64,000 bases of DNA from Squalus acanthias (lineage: Eukaryota). Every line of letters begins with the position of its first letter. The first letter of the stretch is position 1. Shown piece by piece: positions 1 to 13,207 of the stretch. The translations under genes were made by a program, and so were the position numbers. The stretch spans positions 992,001-1,056,000 of the forward strand of contig JASTWF010000034.1 of NCBI GenBank assembly GCA_030390025.1, in the 5' to 3' direction. The notes below the pieces were generated by a model that worked only from the letters and a program-made list of their open reading frames with translations, made no database searches and had not been told where the DNA came from.

Positions 1-3000
1 ACCTGCCCTGGGATTATTTGATGGGACAGTGTAGAGAGTTTTTCTCTGTATCTAACCCGTGCTGTACCTGCCCTGAGAGTGTTTGATGTTACATTGCAGA
101 GGGAAGTTCACTCTGTATCTACCCTGTGCTTTACCTGCCCTGGGAGAGTTTGATGGGACAGTGTAAACGGATCTTTAATCTGTATCTAATCCATGCTGCA
201 CCTGCTTTGGGAGTGTTTGATGGGCCAGTGTTGATGCAACTTTACTTTGTGTCTAACTCGTGTTGTGCCTGTCTTGGAAGGGTTTGATGGGACACTGTAG
301 AGGCAGCTTTAGTCTGTATCTAACCCGTGCTGTACCTGCCCTGGGGGTGTTTGATGGGACAGTGTAGAGGAAGCTTTACTCTGTATCTAACACATGCTGT
401 ACCTGTCCTGGGAGTGTTAAATTGGACAGTGTTGATGCAGCTTTACTCTCTCTGCCTAACTCGTGTTCTGCCTGTCCTGGACGGGTTTGATGGGACAGTG
501 TAAAGGGAGTTTTACTCTGTATCTTAATCGTGCTGTACCTGCCATGGGGGAGTTTGATGGGACATTGTAGAGGGAGCTTTACTCTGTATCTACCCCATGC
601 TGTACCTACCCTGGGGGTGTTTGATGGGACAGTTTAGAGGGTGCTTTACTCTGTTTCTGACACATGCTGTACCTGCCCTGGGAGTGTTAAATTGGACAGT
701 GTTGATGCAGCTTTACTCTCTCTGCCTAACTCGTGTTCTGCCTGTCCTGGACGGGTTTGATCGGACAGTGTAAAGGGAGTTTTACTCTGTATCTTAATCG
801 TGCTGTACCTGCCATGGGGGAGTTTGATGGGACATTGTAGAGGGAGCTTTACTCTGTATCTAACCCCTGCTCTAACTGCACTGGGAGTGTTTGATGGGAC
901 ATTTTAGAGGGAGCTTTACTCTGTATCTACACATGCTGTACCTACCCTGGGAGTGTTTGATGGGACAGTGTAGTGAGAGCTTTACTCTTTACCAATCATT
1001 GTTGGAACCTGCCCTGGGAGTGTTGGATGTGACAATGTAGAGGGAGATTTACTCTGTATCTAACCAGTGCTGTACCTGCCCTGGACGGGTTTGATGGGAC
1101 AGTGTAGAGGGAGCTCTAAACTGTATCAAACATGGTCTGAACCTGCCAGGGGAGTGTTTGATGGGACAATGCAGAGATGCACTTTACACTATATCTAACC
1201 TGTGCTGTACCTGCCCTGTGAGAGTTTAATGGGACAGTGTAGAGGGAACTTTACTCTGTGTGAAACATATTCTGAACCTCCTGTGGGAGTGTTTGATGAG
1301 ACAGTGTAGAGTGAGATTTACTCTGTATCTAACCTGTGCTGAAAATGCCCTGTGTGGGTTTGATGGGACATTGAAGAGGGCGCTTAACTCTGTAGCTAAA
1401 TAGTGTTGTGCCTGTCCTGGGAGAGTTTGAGGGGAAAGTCTAGAATCAGCTTTACCAGTATCAAACATGGTCTCAACCTGTCCTGGGAGTGTTTCATGGG
1501 ACAGTGAAGAGGGAACTTTACTCTGCATCTAACCCGTGTTATACGTGTCCTGGGAGCGATTTGATGGAATAGTGTAGAGGGAGATTTACTCTGTATCTAA
1601 CCCGTGCTGTACCTGCACTGGGAGTGTTTGATGGGACAGTGTAAAGGGAGCTTTACTCTGTATCTAAATGGTGCTGTACCTGCCCTGGCAGTGTTTGATT
1701 TGACAGTGTAGAGGGATCTTTGCTCTATATCTAACCCGTGTTGTGCCTGTCCTGGACAGGTTTGATGGAACAGTGTAGAGGAAGCTTTACTCTGTATCAA
1801 ACGGTATGTCGGCGTTCATTGCAAGAGCATTTGAGTACAGGAGCAAGAATGTCTTACTACAGTTATACAGGGCCTTGGTGAGACCACACCTGGTGTACTG
1901 TGTGCTGTTTTGGTCTCCCTACCTAAGAAAGGATATATTTGCCACAGATGGAGTGCAGCGAAGGTTCACCAGACTGATTCCTGGGATGACAGGACTGACG
2001 TTTTAGGAGAGGTTGGGTCGACTAGGCCTGTATTCACTAGAGATTAGAAGAAGGAATGGGCATCTGATTGAAAGGTATAAAATTCTGACAGTGCTAGACA
2101 GACTGGATGCATGGAGGATGTTTCCCCTGGCTGGGGTGTCTAGAACGAGGGGTCACAGTCTCAGGATACGGGGTAGGTCATTTAGGACTGAGATGAGGAG
2201 AAATATCTTCACTCAGAGGGTGGTGAACCTGTGGAATTCTCTACCACAGAGGCTGTGGTGTCCAGATCACTGAATATATTTAAGAAGGAGATAGATAGAT
2301 TTCTAGACACAAAAGGCATCAAGGGGTATGGGGAGAGACCGGGAATTTGGTACTGTGATAGAGGAGCAGCCATGATCATGTTGAATGGCGGAGCAGGCTC
2401 GAATGGCCGACTCCTGCTCCTATTTTTCTATGTATCAAACATGGACTGAACCTGCCCTGAGGTCCTTTTATGGGACAGTGTAGAGGGAGCTTTACTCTGT
2501 ATCTAACCCGTGCTGCACCTGCCCTGGGAGTGTATGGCGGGACAGTTTAGAGGGAACTTTACTCTCTGTCAAACATGTTCTGAACATGCTCTGGGAGTGT
2601 TTGATGGGACAGTGTAGAGTGAGAATTAATTTGTATCTAACCTGTGCTGAAACTGCCCTGGGTGTGTTTGATGGGACATGGTAGAGAGCGCTTTACTCTG
2701 TATCTAACCAGTGCTGTACCTGCCCTGGGAGTGTTTGATGGGACAGTGTAGAGGGAGCTTTACTCTGTATCTAACCAGTCCTGCACCTGCCCTGGGAGAG
2801 TTTGATGGGACAGTGCAGAGAGCGCTTGACTCTGTATCTAACCCGTGCTGTACCTGCCCTGGGAGTGTTTGATGGGACAGTGCAGAGCGCGCATTACTCT
2901 GTATCTTACCCATGCTGTACCTGCCCTGGGAGTGTTAGATGGGACAGTGTAGAGGGAGCTTTATGCTGTGTCTAACTCGTGGTCTGCCTGTCCTGGACTG

Positions 3001-3375
3001 GTTGGAAGGGACAGTGTAGGGGGAGCTCTACCCTGTATCAAACATGGTCTGAACTAGCCATGGGAGTGTTTGATGGGCCAGTGTAGAGGGAGCTTTACTC
3101 TGTATCTAACCAGTGCTGTACCTGCCCTGGAAGTGTTTGATGGGACAGTGTAGAGGGAGCTTTACTCTGTATCTAACCCGTGCTGTACCTGCCCTGAGAG
3201 AGTTTGTTGGGCCAGTGTAGAGGGACCTTTAATCTCTATCTAACCTTTGCTGAAACTGCCCTGGGAGTGTTTGATGGGACAGTGCTGAGGGAGATTTACA
3301 CTGTGTCTAAGTCGTGTTGTGCCTGTCCTGGGAGAGTTTGATGGGGCAGTGTTGGGGTAGATTTACTCTGCCTCT
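1..3375 (+). repeat. 67-bp tandem satellite (ACCTGCCCTGGGAGTGTTTGATGGGACAGTGTAGAGGGAGCTTTACTCTGTATCTAACCCGTGCTGT), interrupted by a CR1 fragment; runs off the window start
   Basis: Periodicity read directly, e.g. TATCTAACC at 2701 and 2768; units are diverged. Confidence 0.95.
1803..2430 (+). mobile_element. 5'-truncated CR1 LINE (ORF2 C-terminus and 3' UTR)
   Basis: Translates to LQLYRALVRPHLVYCVLFWSPYLRKD...TRGHSLRIRG, matching ORF2 at 27409-30276; has an in-frame stop; ends in the CTCCTGCTCCTA...TTCTATGT tail; flanked by TGTATCAAAC on both sides. Confidence 0.93.
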
Positions 3376-3384
3376 GACCTATTC

Positions 3385-3998
3385 TGCCCAATTGGTTTGT
3401 GCCGGTTTTTATTCCCCACACAAGCCTCCTCTCACCCCTCTTCATCTAATTCTATTAGCATAACCTTATATTCCTTTCTCCCTCATGTGTTTATCGAGCT
3501 TCTCCTTAAATGCATCTGTACTATCCGCCTCCACTACTCCCTGTGCTAGCGAGTTCCACATTCTCACCTCTCTTTGGGTGAAGAATTTCTCCTGAATTCT
3601 CCATTGGATTTATTAGTGACTATCTTATATTGATGATCTCCAGTTTTGGACTCCCACAAGTGGAAACATTTTCTCTACGACCACCCTTTATAACCTTCTC
3701 ATAATCTTAAAGACCTCTATCCGGTCATCATCAGCATTCTCTTTCTTCAAGAGAAAAGAGACCCAGCCTGTTCAGCCTTTCCTGATAAGTATATCCTCTC
3801 AGTTCTAGGATCATCCTTACAAATCTCCTTCTCCAGTGCCTCTATATTAAGAACATAAGAAATAAGAGCAGGTTTAAGCCATTGGGCCCCTCGTAATAAT
3901 ATGGAGACCGAGCTTTTCACAGTACTCCAAGTATGATCTAACCCAGGGTCAGTACAAGTTTAACATAACCTCCCTGCTTTGCAATTCTATCCCTCTGG
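3385..3998 (-). mobile_element. Decayed CR1 3' fragments
   Basis: Reverse-complement similarity to the CR1 ORF2 3' end, with a short second tail (AAGAACATAAGAAATAAGAGCAGG) near 3850. Confidence 0.7.
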
Positions 3999-3999
3999 A

Positions 4000-6900
4000 A
4001 ATACCCCACGCCCCTCACTGTAACACTTTGTGATATATTCTATTTCCCTCGCTGTAACACTCTGATATACCCGACACCCCTCAATGTAACACACTGATAT
4101 AACCCTGACCCCTGACTGTAACACTCTGTTATACACCACACCCCTCACTGTAACACTCTGATATGCCCAACACCGGTCATTGCATTACTCTGATGTACCC
4201 TACACCCGTAACTGTAGCACTCTGATGCAAACCCACTCCCCCTGACTACAACACTCTGATATACCCCACACATGCCTTCGTGTAACACACCGATATACCC
4301 CACACCCCTTATGGTAACAGTCTGATATACGCCGCTCCCCTCAATTTAACACTCTGATATACCTCACACACCTCATTAACACTCTGATATACCCCATAAT
4401 TTAATCCTCTCTTACATATTTCAAACCTCTCACTGTAACAGACCGATATACCCCACTCACATCCCTTTAACACTCTGATATACCTCACACCATTCACTTA
4501 AATTCTCTTACATATCCCAAACCTCTCACTGCAACAGACCGATATACCCAACTCCCCTCCCTTTAACACTCTGATATACCCCACAACCCTTGCTGTAACA
4601 ATTTGATGTACCCCACACCCATCACTGTAATAATCTGATATACCCCACACCCCTCACTATAACACTCTGATATAAACCACACCCCTCACTGTAACACTCT
4701 GATATACCCCACACTCCTGATTATAACACTCTCTTACACCCCAAGGAAGGCAAATGGTATGCTGGCCTTCATTACAAGAGGATTTGAGTACAGGAGTAAA
4801 CAGGTCTTAATCCCTTGATATCGGACCTTGGTGAGACTGCACCTGGAGTACTGTTAACAATTTTGGTCTCCTTACCTTATTAAAGAAATACTTGCCATAG
4901 AGGGAGTGCAACGAAAGTTCACGAGATTGATTCCTGGGAAGGCGGATCTGTCGTATGAGAAGAGATTGAGTAAACTAGGCCTGTATTCTCTTGAATTCAG
5001 ATGAACGAGTGGGGATCTCATTGAAGCATTAACAATTATTACAGGGCTTGATAGGTTGGATGCTGGGAGAATGTTTATCTTGGCTGGGGAGTCTAGAAAC
5101 AGGGGCCACAGCCTCATGATAAAGGGTAGGCATTCAGGACTGAGATGAGAATCATAGAAACATAGAAGATAGGAGCAGGATTAGGCCATTCGGCCCCCCG
5201 AGCCTGCTCCATCATTCAATGCGATCATGGCTGATCATCCAAATTCAGTACCCTGTCCCTGCTTTCTCCCCATATCCCTTGATCCCCTTAGACTTGAGAA
5301 ATATATCTAACTCTAATAAAGACATTTCTTCACACAGAGGGTGGTGAATGTTTGGAATTCTCTACCCCAGAGGGTTGTGGAGGCTCAGTCATTGGGTATA
5401 TTCAAAACAGAAGTCGATAGATTTCTGACTAGTAAGGGCATCAAGGGATATCGAGATAAGGCAGGTGAATGGAATTGAGGCAGAAAATCAGCCATGATCT
5501 CATTGAATGGTGGAGCAGGTTCAAGGGGCCGAATGGCCTACTCCTGCTCCTATTTCTTACATTCTTATGTTCTTAAACCTCTCAGTGTAACACACCGTTT
5601 TACCCCACACCCCTCGCTGTAACACTCTCTGATATACGCCATACCCCTCGCTGTAACACTCTGATATACCCAACACCCCTCAATGTAAAACACTCATATA
5701 AACCCACACCCCTGATTGTAACACTCTGTTATACTCCATACCCCTCACTGTAACACTCTCTGATATACTCCATACCCCTCACTGTAACACTCTCTGATAT
5801 ACTCCATACCCCTCGCTGTAACACTCTGATAAAACCGACACCAGTCAATGTAACACTCATATAAACCCACACCCCTGATTGTAACACTCTGTTATACACC
5901 ACACCTCTCACTGTAACACTGTGTTAATTAACCCAACACCGCTCATTGTATTACTGTGATGTACCCCACACCTCTCACTGTAGCACTTTGATGTAAACCC
6001 ACTTCCCTGACTACAACACTCTGATATACCCCACACACCCCTCACTGTAAATATCTATATACCCAACACCCCTTACTGTAACACTCTGATATAAACCCAC
6101 GCCCCTGACTATAACACTCTGATATACCCCACACATCCCTTACAGTAACACACTGATATACCTCACACACCTCTCTGTACCACTCTGATATACCCCTTAA
6201 TTTAATCCTCTTATATATTACAAACCTCTCACTGTAACAGACCGATATACCCCACTGACCTCACTTTAACACTCTGATATATCCCACATGCCTCACTGTA
6301 ATGCTCTGATATACCGCACACATCTCGCTGTAACACTTTGATATACCCCACACCGCTCGCTGTAAAGCTGTGATTTAGCCGTCACCCCTCACTCTAACAC
6401 TCTGATGTATCCCACATCCTTCACATCAACACTCTGATATACCCCACATGACTCACTGTAACTCTCTGATATACCACACACCTCACTGTAACACTGTGAT
6501 ATACACCACACACCTCACTGTAACTCTGATATACCCCAACCCCTGCACTGTTACACTCTGATATACCCCACACCCCTCACTGTAACACACTGATATACCC
6601 CACACCCCTCACTGTAACACTGATATACCCCACACCCCTCACTGTAACACTGATATACCCCACACCCCTCACTGAAACACTGATATACCCCACACCCCTC
6701 ACTGTAACACATATACCCCACACCCCTCACTGTAACACTGATATACCCCACACCCCTCACTGTAACACTGATATACCCCACACCCCTCACTGTAACACTG
6801 ATATACCCCACACCCCTCACTGTAACACTCTGTTCTACCCCACACCCCTCACTGTAACACTCTGATATACCCCACACCCCTCACTGTAACACTGATATAC

Positions 6901-8950
6901 CCCACACCACTCACTGTAACACACTGATATACCCCACACCCCTCACTGTAACACTCTGATATACCCCACACCCCTCACTGTAACACTCTGTTCTACCCCA
7001 CACCCCTCACTGTAACACACTGATATACCCCACACCCCTCACTGTAACACACTGATATACCCCACACCCCTCACTGTAACACTCTGTTCTACCCCACACC
7101 CCTCACTAACACTGATATACCCCACACCCCTCACTGTAACACTCTGATATACCCCACACCCCTCACTGTAACACTCTGTTCTACCCCACACCCCTCACTG
7201 TAACACTCTGATATACCCCACACCCCTCACTGTAACACTCTGATATACCCCACACCCCTCACTGTAACACTCTGATATACCCCACACCCCGCACTGTAAC
7301 ACTCTGTTCTACCCCACACCCCTCACTGTAACACTCTGATAAACCCCACACCCCTCACAGTAACACACTGATATACTCCACACCCCTCACTGTAACACAC
7401 TGATAAACCCCACACCCCTCACGGTAACACTATGATATTCCCCACACCCCTCACTGTAACATTGATATACCCCACACCCCTCACTGTAACACTGATATAC
7501 CCCACACCCCTCACTGTAACATTGATATTCCCCACACCCCTCACTGTAACACACTGATAAACCCCACACCCCTCACTGTAACACACTGATATACTCCACA
7601 CCCCTCACTGTAACACACTGATAAACCCCACACCCCTCACGGTAACACTCTGATATACCCCACACCCCTCACTGTAACACACTGATATACTCCACACCCC
7701 TCACTGTAACACACTGATAAACCCCACACCCCTCACGGTAACACTCTGATATACCCCACACCCCTCACTGTAACACACTGATATACCCCACACCCCTCAC
7801 TGTAACACACTGATATACCCCACACCCCTCACGGTAACACTCTGATATACCCCACACCCCTCACTGTAACACACTGATAAACCCCACACCCCTCACTGTA
7901 ACACACTGATATACCCCACACCCCAACACTATGATAAACCCCACACCCCTCACTGTAACACTCTGATAAACCCCACACCCCTCACTGTAACACTCTGATA
8001 TACCCCACACCCCTCACTGTAACACTCTGATATACCCCACACCCCTCACTGCAACACTATGATAGACCCCACACCCCTCACTGTAACACTCTGATAAACC
8101 CCACACCCCTCACTGTAACACACTGATATACCCCACACCCCTCACTGTAACACACTGATATACCCCACACCCCTCACTGCAACACTCTCTGATATACCCC
8201 ACACCCCTCACTGCAACACACTGATATACCCCACACACCTCACTGTAACACTGATATTCCCCACACCCCTCACTGCAACATGCTGATAAACCCCACACCC
8301 CTCACTGTAACACACTGATAAACCCCACACCCCTCACTGTAACACTCTGATATACCCCACACCCCTCACTGCAACACTATGATAAACCCCACACCCCTCA
8401 CTGTAACACTCTGATATACCCCACACCCCTCACTGCAACACTGCTGATAAACCCCACACCCCTCACTGTAACACTCTGATAAACCCCACACCCCTCACTG
8501 CAACATGCTGATAAACCCCACACCCCTCACTGTAACACACTGATATACCCCACACCCCTCACTGTAACACACTGATAAACCCCACACCCCTCACTGTAAC
8601 ACACTGATATACCCCACACCCCTCACTGTAACACACTGATATACCCCACACACCTCACTGTAACACTGTGATATACCCCACACCCCTCACTGTAACACAC
8701 TGATATACCCCACACCCCTCACTGTAACACTCTGATATGCTGCACACCCCTCACTGTAACACTCTGATATACCCCACACCCCTCACTGTAACACTCTGAT
8801 ATGCTGCACACCCCTCACTGTAATACTCTGATATACCCAACACCCCTCACTGTAACACTCTGATATACACCACACCTCATTGTTATACTCTGATAAACCC
8901 CTCAATGTAATTCTCACTTACATACTGAAATACCCCACACCACTCACTGT
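4000..8950 (+). repeat. 30-32-bp C/A-rich minisatellite (CCCCACACCCCTCACTGTAACACTCTGATATA)
   Basis: Direct tandem periodicity; homogeneous core at about 6550-8870, diverged flanks. Confidence 0.95.
4743..5574 (+). mobile_element. 5'-truncated CR1 with a nested antisense CR1 3' end (about 5151-5313)
   Basis: AAGGCAAATGGTATGCTGGCC start and TTCTTATGTTCTTA tail; the internal CATAGAAACATAGAAGATAGGAGCAGG segment is a reverse-strand CR1 tail. Confidence 0.88.
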
Positions 8951-9551
8951 TGTCACTGCCACTTTAATCCCATGGGCTTCAATTTTGGTAATATGTGATC
9001 CTTTATTAAGCACCTTTTGTAGTGATTGGGAAAGTGTGAGTAGTATCAATCATACAACGATAGAATTGGAGATCCAAGTGGTATTGACAATTTGTTTAGC
9101 GTACTTGACGCCCCGCTCTGATCACAGGCCTCATCTGGTTTCAATCAATGAATTATAAAATCATTGATTTTAATCGTATTTTATTATTTCTATGTATTTG
9201 TTATCAGGCTTGGCGTGACTCTGTCAAGGTTGGTATCACTTGCCCATTCCTAGTTACCCATGAGAAAATGGTGGGCCTTCATCTTGAGCCGCTACAGTCC
9301 GTGTGGTGAAGGTGCTCCCACAATACTGTTACTGAAGGATTTTCAAGCTTTTGACCCAGTGACGATGAAAGAACGGCGATATATTTGAAGGGTAAGGTAG
9401 CATAGTGGTTATGTTGCTGGAATAGTAAACCAGATGACTGGACAAATGATCCAGATACATGTGTTCAAATCCGAAAAGCTGGGGGAATTTAAATTCAATT
9501 AATTAAACAAATCTGGAATGAAAAGCTTATGTCAATAAGGGTGACCATGAA

Positions 9552-9746
9552 AGCAGACAAGATAAGATTAACTGTAGTCAACTGGCTGTGTTCTCTGACT
9601 ATATATGCATCTCTTCACTAAACCTGACGAAGGAGCAGCGCTCCGAAAGCTTGTGATTTCAAATAAATCTGTTGGACTATAACCTGGTATTGTGCGACTT
9701 CTCACATTTGTCCACCCCAGTCCAACACCGGCATCTCCACATCATG
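9552..9746 (+). mobile_element. Penelope-like element 3' end (pseudo-LTR)
   Basis: Near-identical to the 3' end of the GIY-YIG-bearing copy at 59945-60468; flanked by CATGAA at 9546-9551 and 9743-9748. Confidence 0.8.
9615..9656 (+). ncRNA. Minimal type I hammerhead ribozyme motif
   Basis: CTGACGA (9624-9630), stem II GGAGC-agc-GCTCC, GAAA, palindromic AGCT stem III, UH; stem I TCAC/GTGA is offset by 5 nt. Confidence 0.65.
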
Positions 9747-10111
9747 AACGTACCGGATTGTTGTAAAGTTCCACCTGGTTCACTAATGACCTTTCGGGAG
9801 AGAAATCTGCCGTCCTTACCTGGTCTGGCTGAAATGTGACTCCCGATCCACTGCAATGTGGTTGACTCTGAAATGGCCCAGCAAGACATTCACTTGTCTC
9901 AAGCGGCTCCACACCACCTGCAGATGGGAAATAAATGCTGGCCTTGTCAGCGGTGCCCACATCCCAAGCATTAGTTATAAAAATGATTTATTAAGTGTCA
10001 TAATGATTGAAAAAGCGTCATTATGTTTTATTAATGGTCATAATGATTTATAAAGGGTTATAAAAGATCTGTAAAGTGGTATAATGATTTTAAAGTGTTA
10101 TAATGACTAAT

Positions 10112-10295
10112 AAAGTCCTGGTGCCGGGCCATCTCCTCCCCGGGCTGGGCTGCTCGGGGTCCTGTGGGCCGGGCCGGGCCAGGCTGCTCCGCCTCGCCGC
10201 CCGCTCTCACAGTAACCGGGACTCCAACTGCTCCCGCCATCCGGACACTCGACTCCCGCCGCCAGGGAAACACCCCGAGTGACTGCCACAATCCT
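10112..10295 (-). promoter_or_regulatory. CpG-island-like segment resembling a stranded first exon or promoter fragment
   Basis: Very GC/CpG rich with sharp AT-rich boundary; minus-strand GGATGGCGG ATG at 10240; protein not recognised. Confidence 0.35.
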
Positions 10296-10955
10296 TGTGC
10301 GGGGCTCCTGAGCCGCCATCTTTGTGCGGGGCTCCTGAGCCGCCATCTTTGTGCGGGGCCCCAGCGCTGCCATCTTTGTGCGCGGCCCCAGAGCTGCCAT
10401 CTTTGTGCGGGACCCCAGTGCCGCCATCTTTCTGTCGGGCGCCGGAGCCGCCATATTTGTGCAGGGCGCGGGTGCTGCCATCTTTGTGCTGTGCCCCAGA
10501 GACTACTTTTTGTGCTGGTCCCCAGAGACGCCATCTTTGTGCAGGGCGCGGGTACCGCCATCTTTGAGCGGGGTTCCAGACCCACCATCTTTTTGCTGAG
10601 CGCCAGAGGAGCCATGTTTGTGCGGAGCGCCAGTGCCCCCATTTTTGTGCGTGGACCCGGAGCCACCATCTTTGTGCGGGGCCCCAGAGCTACCATCTTT
10701 GTGCGGGACCCCAGTGCCCCCATTTTTGTGCGTGGACTCGGAGCTGCCATCTTTCTGCGGGTCCCCAGTGCCCCCATTTTTGTGCGTGGACCCGGAGCCA
10801 CCATCTTTGTGCGGAACCCCAGAGCCGCCATCTTTGTGCAGGGCCCCAGAGCCGCCAATTTTGTGCGGAGCCCCAGAGCCGCCATATTTGTGCGGAGCCC
10901 CAGAGCTGCCATCTTTGTGCTGGGCCCCGGAGCCGCCATCTCTGTGCGGGGCCCC
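10296..10955. repeat. 27-bp CpG-rich minisatellite, about 24 units, most containing a YY1-type GCCATCTT core
   Basis: Unit AGCCGCCATCTTTGTGCGGGGCTCCTG at 10311 and 10338; minus strand reads AAGATGGCGGC. Confidence 0.93.
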
Positions 10956-11011
10956 ACAATATCAGGCCCAGGGAACTGTCAACTCTCAGGCTGCAAAGTC
11001 TCAGTTTCTTC

Positions 11012-11913
11012 TCATCCTTTAATGAATTTTACAATCAGAGTAAAGGGATATTTCCCCACATTCTTCAGCTGCTCTCTGAACTTAGTCTGGGTCACGGCGT
11101 AAATTCCAGTGTTTGTGCAGCAACTCAGCAGCTGCAGCATGAAACCCAGTTCCATTACATAATACGGTAGATATACAGACTCATCCCCCAAATACCACAT
11201 CCGGCTCCATATAGAATACACCATAAACACTGCCCATAAAAGGATGAAATTGCCGGAGATAACAAGCAGTAAAATGATGGATTTCCTGCGGCTCTCCATC
11301 TCTGGGTCTCTGGGACTCTCCCCACTGCTGGGACCCCGGAGTCTCCTGCGGGCTCTGCTGGACACTAAAATGTGTCTGACGGTGACAGCATTGAGCAGCA
11401 GAATCACCACAAATGGGACACACGGGGTGAGAATATAATGAAGGAGCTCGATTGTTCCCCAGACCCGTGACAACTGAACATCCTCTGTGACATCACAAAA
11501 CCAGGGGGTGTTCTGAAGCCAATACCAACCTGTGAACATAAAATACCAGGTGATGTTCTTTAAACCGCTCAGCACAGTCACTGTTCCCAGAACCACAGCC
11601 GCCGTTTTCTCGGTGCAATATTTAGTTTTCAGCTTCTGGCAACAAATGGCCACAAATCGATCAAAGGTGAAAGTGACGGTGAACCAGACAGAACAGTCTG
11701 TGGCTGCGAACAGCAGGACGGCGTGGATATTACACACGGGGATGGAGTCCACGAAATAAAACTGTTCCCTATAAACAATCGGAATTTGCCTCAATATCAG
11801 GTCGAGGATAACGACCAGTAGATCCGCCGCTGCCATGGCCACCAGGTAGCGAGTGACACATTTGGAGAGACCGCACTTTCCCCGAGACAGGATCACAATC
11901 GTCACTAAGTTCA
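11012..11913 (-). CDS. Class A orphan GPCR, GPR139/GPR142-like, exon 2 (second half of TM1 through TM7 and C-tail)
   Basis: Open 300 codons with hydrophobic segments, TM2 AAADLL, TM3 Cys and TFDRF, ECL2 Cys, TM7 NTGIY; acceptor TTTATTTCACTTCCTCACAG ends at 11914; phase 1 matches exon 1. Confidence 0.92.
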
Positions 11914-13207
11914 CTGTGAGGAAGTGAAATAAACAGGGAAATTATTCATCAGGCTGGGAGCAAAAGCAGCAGTTTGATGGAATTCGGGGTGATATCTGCA
12001 ACTCATTACCGACATTGAATGATAAAATCTAATTCTATTACCTGTGGAGCTGAATACAGGGCTTATTGTAAGAATAATCGGGAATACATTGTGGAATCAG
12101 TAACTGAAATGGGAATAAATACAATATGAAAGTAACAGATGTTTGATCAAGGAGAGATTAAATGATCGATCTAAATTTAGCCCAGCAGACAAAAGCACCA
12201 CCCGAGGTAGCAGGGACACAAATGACCAGACCCTCTCAGGAAGCCTTCGTGTCCCGGGATCAGTCAGCATTTGGAGCGGTGCAGTTCGCTTCTGTGCCCC
12301 TGTGTTAGGGAGGGGGAAATCCCGCTTGGATTCCTGCTCTTGGTCAGAATATCCAATTTATTTAGAACTGAAAATGAATGCAACAGCAAAATACAGAAAC
12401 TGCAACCTTGGCATGCAATAATTACAGGCAATTGTATGTAAAATGTACGGATGTAATACGACAATGCTAAGATAATAAATACAAGTGCACTGCAGTTATA
12501 AAGATATGTTTTGGAGATTGAGTTTACTGCATTTTTGTTGAAATACACATATTCTAGCTCATTGAAAGGAAGATTTGCCAAGTAACATTGCAAATAATGG
12601 ACTCTGAATTAAAGTAAATAGTGATGATTGACCAGGTAATGTCCCACTAAATGCATATATCAGCATCGAAATCAGACGACTTAGCCCACAGGCAAAGTGC
12701 CGCCGAATGCTGCTGTAAAGTATCTGAACACAAGTGGAAGAGATTTATCCTTGTACTTTTTCACCTGTTGTTTCCAACCTGTGCAGAGAATATTAGACGA
12801 GAAGATATCAAAGGATGTTCTTATCCTCAGTACTTCAGTTAGAATCAGCGGGGATTGTTTATCCTGAAGTACAGCAGGAGGCAATAGAGAATCACTCTGG
12901 GTCTCACTGAGAGATCCACTGTACTGTGACAGACGGGCATGGGATCCAATTGCAAATTCAAAACAATGATCAGATAGAAATGTATTGAAATCTGGCTGAA
13001 TGAACGTTTTGTGAGAATGTAAATTATCCTTGTAATCCTACTTTAACCTTCAGAAGCAGTGCCAATAATGAAGAACTGGAGAGGATGGGAAAGGAGACAC
13101 TGACTGGAACTGAATGATTAGCGGATATTTCAGACATTTAAAGATGTGGATGTGATCTGCCAGGATTTATTCCTGTGACTCTGTAAGTAACCATACCGAG
13201 CATTAGG

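Larger units (their letters stand above)
9238..9980 (+). mobile_element. Composite tRNA-derived SINE (antisense LINE 3' end fused to a SINE), carrying a Penelope insert
   Basis: Pol III A-box TAGCATAGTGG (9398-9408) and B-box GTTCAAATCC (9463-9472); 3' tail resembles the LINE end at about 41310-41380; second copy at 34503-35046. Confidence 0.75.

Noticed and set aside
5729..8298. Cys/Tyr/Gly-rich repetitive ORFs (also 21741-25349, 45874-46337, 48552-49820, 60906-62197)
   Set aside because: Translations of tandem repeats with non-ATG starts and shifting frames.
9391..9475. tRNA gene
   Set aside because: A and B boxes are present but there is no convincing cloverleaf; it is a SINE head.
10058..11102. 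299-aa and 312-aa overlapping ORFs as protein-coding genes
   Set aside because: Explained by a stop-free 27-bp GC-rich repeat open in many frames on both strands; no domain recognised.
11914..11914. GTG start for a single-exon 300-aa GPCR
   Set aside because: The G is the last base of the CAG splice acceptor; TM1 is incomplete without the upstream exon.
12143..12884. Short ORFs in unique intronic sequence
   Set aside because: No recognisable domains or convincing splice-site pairs.
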